A DNA stretch of 64,000 bases from an uncultured bacterium (GTDB lineage Bacteria > Patescibacteriota > Saccharimonadia > UBA4664 > SCTI01): assembly GCA_963721685.1 (NCBI GenBank), contig CAVRJJ010000005.1, positions 396,980 to 460,979 of the forward strand, in the 5' to 3' direction. Below the pieces are notes generated by a model. It was given only the letters and a program-made list of their open reading frames with translations, was not told where the DNA came from and did not search any database. The position numbers and the translations under genes are program-made. Shown here in pieces: positions 58,006 to 64,000 of the stretch (position 1 is the stretch's first letter; each line of letters opens with the position of its first letter).

Positions 58006-59187
58006 TTGGGTCCAAGCTATAGGCCCTCAACCGTGTGGCGGGCACTGTTCGGATGGGGGAGCGGTAGGGCTGCGCGGGAGCTTACCGCCGTCCTCGAAGA
58101 ACGCTACAGTGGTAAAGCGACGCTGGTGTATAAGGGCCGCGAAGCTCTGCGCCTTGCCCTAGACGCTCTCAACCTGCCGAAAGGCTCAGCAATAGCAATC
58201 AGTGGCTTTACCTGCTTCGCTGTATACAAAGCGGTTGCCAGTGCCGGACACGAAGTCGTCTATATCGATATAGACCCTGAGCAGCTTAACTTTTCGGGCG
58301 CGGCCTTAGAGGCGGCAATTCAATCCAATCCCCGCATTGAAGCGGTAATTATTCAAAATACTCTTGGTTACGCCTGTGATATCGTGACAATTGCCGAGGT
58401 GTGCCGTCGCAACAATATCGTACTGATTGAGGATTTGGCTCACGGTATCGGGACATACTATGCCGATGGCAGTGAGGTTGGCACGGTAGGCGACATGATA
58501 ATGCTTTCGTTCGGACGCGATAAATTAATTGACGCGGTTTCCGGGGGCGCGCTGATTGTCCGTAACCCCAAATATCAACCACGCAAAGCCAGTAAGCTGC
58601 TAAAGCCGCCAATTGCTTCGCGCATGCGCGACCGCCTCTATCCGGCATTGACCGCTAAGATTCGGCTCGGCTACAAACTAGGCATTGGTAAGTTTGTGCA
58701 CGCTGTTTTTAAAGGGCTCGGTTTACTTTCTAAGTCAGTTGACGGCGAGTTTTATAGCGGCCACAGCTTGCCACAATGGTACTGCACGCTGACCCTTAAA
58801 AACATTACGGAACTTGAGACCAATTTAGCTCATCGGCAAGCTATCGCCCAAGTATATGCCCAAACCATTCAACGGAACGCGCAGTTCCTTGCTCTTCCGA
58901 GTCAAACCCCCCAAGCCTCCAACTTACGCTTTCCCATCCGGGTTAAGCGCCGGCAGGACTTAATAGCCTACTTAGCTAAGTCTAGCGTCTACATCGCTGA
59001 TACTTGGTATGATGTTCCCATTGCCCCACCGCGCTATTTCGGCCAAACTACCTATATGCGCGGGCAATGCCCCGGATCGGAACAAGTCGTATCACAAATA
59101 CTCAACCTGCCAACCCACCGGGGTGTTTCAGAACATGACGCGAAAAAGATAAGCGAGCACATCAATACGTGGCTAAAATCGAAGTAA
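58006..59187 (+). CDS. DegT/DnrJ/EryC1/StrS-family PLP-dependent aminotransferase
   Basis: A fold-type I pattern, a Lys region LSFGRDKLIDAVSGGALIV, and family-typical length. Confidence 0.55.
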   Translation: MGPSYRPSTVWRALFGWGSGRAARELTAVLEERYSGKATLVYKGREALRLALDALNLPKGSAIAISGFTCFAVYKAVASAGHEVVYIDIDPEQLNFSGAALEAAIQSNPRIEAVIIQNTLGYACDIVTIAEVCRRNNIVLIEDLAHGIGTYYADGSEVGTVGDMIMLSFGRDKLIDAVSGGALIVRNPKYQPRKASKLLKPPIASRMRDRLYPALTAKIRLGYKLGIGKFVHAVFKGLGLLSKSVDGEFYSGHSLPQWYCTLTLKNITELETNLAHRQAIAQVYAQTIQRNAQFLALPSQTPQASNLRFPIRVKRRQDLIAYLAKSSVYIADTWYDVPIAPPRYFGQTTYMRGQCPGSEQVVSQILNLPTHRGVSEHDAKKISEHINTWLKSK

Positions 59188-60194
59188 AACCAGTTACCAA
59201 CCAGGATGAGTGGGCAGCTTTCTTGGCCGCCCATCCTGAATCTAATTTTTTGCAATCATGGCAGTGGGGCGAGTTCCACGCTGCCCTTGGTAAGACTATT
59301 TTCCGGCAGGGATTTTATCAATCCGGAAAGTTAGCAGGGGTCATGCTTTCGGTGGTAGAGCCCGCCCGTCGCGGCCGTTACATTACCGTTCCCGGCGGTC
59401 CGATACTTGATTGGCATAATCAGTCTGTAGTCCAGGCGTTCACTCAAGAGATTCGCATCCAGGCCAAAGCCGAAAAGTGCGTGTTTGTGCGGGTTCGCCC
59501 CCAACTGCTCTCCGATGATTTTTCGATCAGCCTTTTTGCCTCTCTGGGTTTTCGGGGCGCGCCCTCACACCTCCATGCCGAGCTGACCCAGCAGCTAGAT
59601 ATTAGCTTGCCGGAAGAAGAAATCCTTACCAAGATGCGTAAAGGCACCAAGTACGAGGTAAAAAACAGCTTGAAAACGGGGGTTGAGGTGACAAGTTCAA
59701 CTGACACCGCCGACATGCAAAAGTTTTATGAGCTGCAAATTGAAACCGCCAAGCGTCAAGGCTTCGTACCGTTTTCCTATAATTTCCTGGAAAAGCAGTT
59801 TGAGGTTTTCACCCAGGACAAGCAAGCGCTGCTGTACACGGCGAAATATCATAATCGAGTGTTAGCCCAAGCCTTCATTATTTTTCAAGGACAGGAGGCG
59901 GTGTACCACTACGGTGCCAGCACCGAAGCGGGGCGGAAATATCCCGGCGCATATGCTATACAGTGGGAAGCTATTAAGGAGGCGAAGCGTAGGGGTATGA
60001 GCCGCTACAACTTTTGGGGAATTGCTCCGCCCGATCAACCAAACCACCGATTTGCTGGTATTACGACCTTTAAACGCGGCTTTGGCGGCGAGGCGGTGGA
60101 ATATCTGCATGCTAGGGATTTAGTTATCAATCAGCCACATTACTTAATAAATCTTTTAATTGAAGAAACACGAAGGAGGATACGGCGCGTTTAG
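59169..60194 (+). CDS. FemAB-family peptidoglycan-interpeptide aminoacyltransferase
   Basis: The N-terminal region (NFLQSWQWGEF) and the duplicated GNAT-like organisation fit FemX/FemAB. Confidence 0.65.
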   Translation: MAKIEVKPVTNQDEWAAFLAAHPESNFLQSWQWGEFHAALGKTIFRQGFYQSGKLAGVMLSVVEPARRGRYITVPGGPILDWHNQSVVQAFTQEIRIQAKAEKCVFVRVRPQLLSDDFSISLFASLGFRGAPSHLHAELTQQLDISLPEEEILTKMRKGTKYEVKNSLKTGVEVTSSTDTADMQKFYELQIETAKRQGFVPFSYNFLEKQFEVFTQDKQALLYTAKYHNRVLAQAFIIFQGQEAVYHYGASTEAGRKYPGAYAIQWEAIKEAKRRGMSRYNFWGIAPPDQPNHRFAGITTFKRGFGGEAVEYLHARDLVINQPHYLINLLIEETRRRIRRV

Positions 60195-61282
60195 GGGATT
60201 TGCGAGGATTGCTTGCCACTGAAGTATTCCTTGATCCGCTTCAACCCCTCTTCAATCTGATCGATATCCAACGCGTAGGAAAGCCGGAGGCGGGTAGGAT
60301 CGCCGAACCACGCGCCGTCATAAGTAATGACGTTATGGTCGTAAAACAACTCGCTAACTACCTGTGAGGCATTTTTGACCTTGGGAAAAACGTAAAAAGC
60401 GCCTTCCGGTTTCCAAAGGTCAAAGCCCATTTGGATTAAGCCGTTATAAATGAGGTCGCGGCGCTCTTCCCATATAGCGGTTTGCTTTTCCACATAATCA
60501 GCCGGGACGTTTAACGCCTGCAACGCCATTTGCTGGCCGATAATACTGGTATTCATAGAAGTGTGGGTTTTCATTTCAAAGACTTGGTCAAGCAAGCGAT
60601 GGTCGGGCGTGCATAAATAGCCAATCCGTAGGCCGCACATAGCGTATGTCTTAGAAAAAGAATTAATAGTAATAACATGCTTGCCTCTGATGTAGTAATT
60701 TTCGCGGGTATAAATTAAATCCTTATAAACCTCGTCAGAAACGACATAGATATCTTGCTCGGCGGCTAGCGCTTCAATTGCTTTGAGCGTAGCAATATCT
60801 TCAATCCGGCCGGTAGGGTTAGACGGAGAATTTATTAAGATAACTTTCACTTCAGTCAACTTGGTTTTGAAATCCTCCATATCTATCCGTCCGTCAATAA
60901 GGTCGGCATACACCGGCACCAATCCGGCCAACTTGATGATAGGCGGGTAAGAATAATAGTAGGGCCGGCAGACGAGTACTTTAACCGGGCCGTGCAGTTC
61001 ATGAATGGCGCGGAAGGTAAGATCGAGTGCTTCTGAAGCACCATTGGTAATAACGTAGTTATCGGGATGCGTGCCAGGGTAATCGCGGCTTAAGCGTTCG
61101 CGCAGTTCAATCTCACCTTGGATCAAACCGTATTGGAAAACCCGTAGTGTTTCCAGGCCTTCGAAAATACCCGGCGGCGGCGGTAGGTCCGGCTGGCCAG
61201 ACCCAAACGAAATCATGCCTTCTCCTTGGCGGCCAATGAAGCTGGCAGGGCTGGAAAACCGTTTGGGGTTTGCGTCTGACAT
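60191..61282 (-). CDS. class I/II PLP-dependent aminotransferase
   Basis: The start was moved to MSDANPK (61282) so it is divergent from leuS. The Lys region is SFSKTYAMCGLRIGY. Confidence 0.7.
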   Translation of the reverse strand: MSDANPKRFSSPASFIGRQGEGMISFGSGQPDLPPPPGIFEGLETLRVFQYGLIQGEIELRERLSRDYPGTHPDNYVITNGASEALDLTFRAIHELHGPVKVLVCRPYYYSYPPIIKLAGLVPVYADLIDGRIDMEDFKTKLTEVKVILINSPSNPTGRIEDIATLKAIEALAAEQDIYVVSDEVYKDLIYTRENYYIRGKHVITINSFSKTYAMCGLRIGYLCTPDHRLLDQVFEMKTHTSMNTSIIGQQMALQALNVPADYVEKQTAIWEERRDLIYNGLIQMGFDLWKPEGAFYVFPKVKNASQVVSELFYDHNVITYDGAWFGDPTRLRLSYALDIDQIEEGLKRIKEYFSGKQSSQIP

Positions 61283-61338
61283 AAGCTTAATTATGACATA
61301 TCCATGCCCGGGCGGTAACAGATTTGCTACAATAAGCC

Positions 61339-63867
61339 ATGATGAAGCGTTACGAACCGAAACAACTTGAACCCAAATGGCAGCGGATTTGGGAAGACAC
61401 CAAGCTGTATGAAGCCCATGATGACGACCCGCGCCCAAAACACTACCAGTTAGAGTACTTTCCGTATCCATCAGGCGTGACGATGCACGTTGGCCATGTG
61501 CGCAATTATGTAATTTCTGACGCGTTTGTCCGCTACCAACGGATGAGGGGGCGCAATGTACTGCACCCGATGGGCTGGGACGCCTTTGGTCTGCCAGCTG
61601 AAAACCAAGCCATTAAAACCGGTAAGCCGCCTCGGGAATCAACTGAGGAAAACATCGCCATATTTAAGCGCCAGCTTTCGCAGGTCGGCTTGTCTTACGA
61701 CTGGTCGCGCGAAATTAATTCTTCAGAGCCAGACTATTACCGGTGGACCCAGTGGCTGTTTTTGTTAATGCACAAGCGTGGTTTGGCCTACAAGGCTGAG
61801 GCGGCGGTCAACTGGTGCCCGGTGGATAAGACGGTGCTGGCTAATGAGCAGGTAATCAAGAAAGATGGGCAGAATGTCTGTGAACGCTGTGGCAGCTTAG
61901 TAGAAAAGCGCCAGTTGTTGCAGTGGTTCTTAAAGATTACCGAGTATGCCGACCGCTTGCTTGATGACCTCGATAACCTGGATTGGCCGCAAAATATTAA
62001 AGCAATGCAGCGTAACTGGATTGGCCGAAGTCACGGGATTGATATTGACTATGAGGTTTATGGCCTTAAGCCGGGCATTAAGATTACTACTTTCACGACC
62101 CGTCCTGACACTAACTTTGGGGCTACCTTCGTGGTTTTGGCACCGGAACATCCTTTTGCGCAGCAGGTGGCAAACGGCGAAATCACGCCCGCTGATGGTA
62201 AGCCTCATACGAAAGAAGTCGCGGACTATGTGGCAAAGTCCCTGCAAAAAACCGTGCTTCAGCGTCAGGAAGAAGGAAAAGGGAAAACCGGAACTTTCAC
62301 AGGCTTTTATGTGATAAACCGGCTAAATGGTGAGAAGTTGCCGGTGTGGGTTTCAGACTTTGTGTTAGCTGGGTTCGGAACCGGTGCTGTGGTTGGGGTA
62401 CCTGGGCACGACAAGCGGGATTTTGAGTTTGCCCAAACTTTCAAGTTGCCTATTAAACGCGTAGTGGTTGGAGCTGACGGGGATATCTCGGAAATCACCA
62501 AGATCTCCCAAGTCCAGGAATCAACTGGGGTTATGATGAACTCTGGTTTTGTGGATGGCATCCCGATTATGGAAGCGATTGAGAAAATTAAGACCCACAT
62601 TGAAGGGAAAGGCTATGGCCGTCGGCTTACTAATTACAAAATGCACGACTGGTTGATTGGCCGTCAGCGCTACTGGGGCACACCCATCCCCATGGTGCAC
62701 TGTCCCAAGTGCGGTGCTGTGCCGGTGCCGGAGGATCAGTTGCCCATTGAGTTACCGGAGCTAAAGGATTACCATCCCAGTGATGATGGACGTTCACCGC
62801 TAGCGCGAGCTACCGAATGGGTTAAAACATCCTGCCCCAAGTGCGATGGCACAGCAGAGCGGGAAACCGATACCATGGATACATTCCTTGATTCTAGTTG
62901 GTATTTTTTGCGGTTTGCCGATGCCCACAACGCCCACGAGCCGTTTGATAAACAAAAAGTTGGCTATTGGTTGCCCGTGGACACTTATGTGGGCGGAGCC
63001 GAACATGCAGTTGCTCACTTGCTCTACGCGCGGTTTTGGACCAAGGTTATGCAAGACGCGGGTTTGCTGGACTTTAGTGAACCATTTAAGACCTTACGCA
63101 ACCAGGGTATGATTGGCGGCTCTGATGGTCGAAAAATGGGTAAACGGTACGGTAACGTGGTGACGCCTGATGACATAATTAACCAAGGGTACGGAGCGGA
63201 TTCGCTTAGGCTGTATGAAATGTTCATTGGGCCTTACGATCAAGGGATTCCGTGGAATCCAACTGGCATTGATGGCACCAAACGTTTTTTAAATAGAGTC
63301 TGGGCATTGGTGCAGGAGCATTTAGAAGCAAGGGGTGCGGTTGTTCACGATAATACCGGTACTGATCAAGCTCTCGAGACAGCGCTGGCTGCGGCGGTTC
63401 ATAAAGCGATTAAGAAAGTTTCAACTGATCTTGAAAAGTTTAGTTTCAATACCGCCATTGCGGCCCAAATGGAGTTGGTTAATGAGCTTTACCAGCTCAA
63501 AACCAAGCTGCCGCTGGGAAGTGAGATCTGGCAGCAGCATCTCCAGTTAGTAGTCGCGATGCTCGCCCCGTTTGCGCCGCATATCACTGAGGAAATGTGG
63601 GAGCAGGTAGGTGGCGAAACCAGTGTGCATGTGGCTGGGTGGCCATCTTATGATCCTGAGCTGGTAAAGGAAGAGTTAATCACGATTGTCTTGCAGGTAA
63701 ATGGCAAAACCCGCGGGCAGATTGAGATAAACTCAAATACCGCGGATGATGGAGTCAAACGCTTGGCGGCTGAACAGCAAAATGTTGCTCGCCATATCAA
63801 GGATACGCAAGTTATCAAAACCATTTATGTGCCAGGTAAGCTCGTCAACTTCGTCATCAAGCCGTAG
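61339..63867 (+). CDS. leuS: leucyl-tRNA synthetase
   Basis: 842 aa with HIGH-type PYPSGVTMHVGH, an editing domain, and KMSKS-type KMGKR. Confidence 0.95.
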   Translation: MMKRYEPKQLEPKWQRIWEDTKLYEAHDDDPRPKHYQLEYFPYPSGVTMHVGHVRNYVISDAFVRYQRMRGRNVLHPMGWDAFGLPAENQAIKTGKPPRESTEENIAIFKRQLSQVGLSYDWSREINSSEPDYYRWTQWLFLLMHKRGLAYKAEAAVNWCPVDKTVLANEQVIKKDGQNVCERCGSLVEKRQLLQWFLKITEYADRLLDDLDNLDWPQNIKAMQRNWIGRSHGIDIDYEVYGLKPGIKITTFTTRPDTNFGATFVVLAPEHPFAQQVANGEITPADGKPHTKEVADYVAKSLQKTVLQRQEEGKGKTGTFTGFYVINRLNGEKLPVWVSDFVLAGFGTGAVVGVPGHDKRDFEFAQTFKLPIKRVVVGADGDISEITKISQVQESTGVMMNSGFVDGIPIMEAIEKIKTHIEGKGYGRRLTNYKMHDWLIGRQRYWGTPIPMVHCPKCGAVPVPEDQLPIELPELKDYHPSDDGRSPLARATEWVKTSCPKCDGTAERETDTMDTFLDSSWYFLRFADAHNAHEPFDKQKVGYWLPVDTYVGGAEHAVAHLLYARFWTKVMQDAGLLDFSEPFKTLRNQGMIGGSDGRKMGKRYGNVVTPDDIINQGYGADSLRLYEMFIGPYDQGIPWNPTGIDGTKRFLNRVWALVQEHLEARGAVVHDNTGTDQALETALAAAVHKAIKKVSTDLEKFSFNTAIAAQMELVNELYQLKTKLPLGSEIWQQHLQLVVAMLAPFAPHITEEMWEQVGGETSVHVAGWPSYDPELVKEELITIVLQVNGKTRGQIEINSNTADDGVKRLAAEQQNVARHIKDTQVIKTIYVPGKLVNFVIKP

Positions 63868-63913
63868 TCTTGCCAAAGAGCCTCTTTATAGGTATACTAT
63901 GCGCCTAAGCGTA

Positions 63914-64000
63914 TGCAAGTAGACGTAAGCAACATCTTAAGGCAAGGCGAAGGCGCCCAGGAAGAGTTCATCATTGATGGTGAAACTCCGGAGCTTGAGG
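63914..64000 (+). CDS. 5' end of an ORF running off the window (possibly YceD/DUF177-like)
   Basis: MQVDVSNILRQGEGAQEEFIIDGETPELE. It is too short to assign. Confidence 0.15.

Overview
This is a 64 kb bacterial window at roughly 50% GC, densely coding with about 65 genes and no rRNA or CRISPR. The backbone is housekeeping: glycolysis (pyk-pgk-tpiA), cell wall synthesis (murC/mpl-like, murB, MurF-like, FemAB, DegT, mltG, LysM-CHAP hydrolase, RpfB-like), pcrA, rsmA-metG-tatD, cysteine desulfurase, mnmA, a short AlaRS, ftsA, ruvX, obg, def, purD, a stand-alone PurH N-domain, leuS, and three tRNAs (Glu-TTC, Ala-CGC, Ala-GGC). The gene content (Gram-positive-type wall genes, truncated aaRS, many small hypothetical membrane proteins, cohesin/dockerin proteins) suggests a reduced-genome, Gram-positive-like lineage, possibly Patescibacteria/CPR (Saccharibacteria-like). 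That attribution is inference only. Accessory content: (a) at 4.3-10.6 kb, three tandem tRNA-Glu-like elements (one intact, two decayed) delimit two cargo segments, nhaA-ccdA-thioredoxin and a frameshift-riddled two-component system. (b) At 28.6-38.8 kb, a same-strand surface-protein locus: three paralogous secreted Thr/Ser/Gly-rich proteins with a conserved C-terminal Y-x-C tail, a DUF916/DUF3324-like membrane-anchored protein, a PKD protein, a 945-aa tail-fibre-like protein and a triple tail-collar-domain protein. I read this as a WxL/Csc-like adhesion system with substituted motifs and it is the most novel-looking system here. (c) Three short high-GC patches that look foreign, two carrying small ORFs that may be paralogous. 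Several genes carry frameshifts or an in-frame stop (DUF2000, thioredoxin, response regulator, histidine kinase, a coiled-coil protein, ftsA); these are either genuine decay or assembly error. All coordinates, motifs and translations were read by eye from the sequence. Family assignments rest on remembered signature motifs, not on searches.
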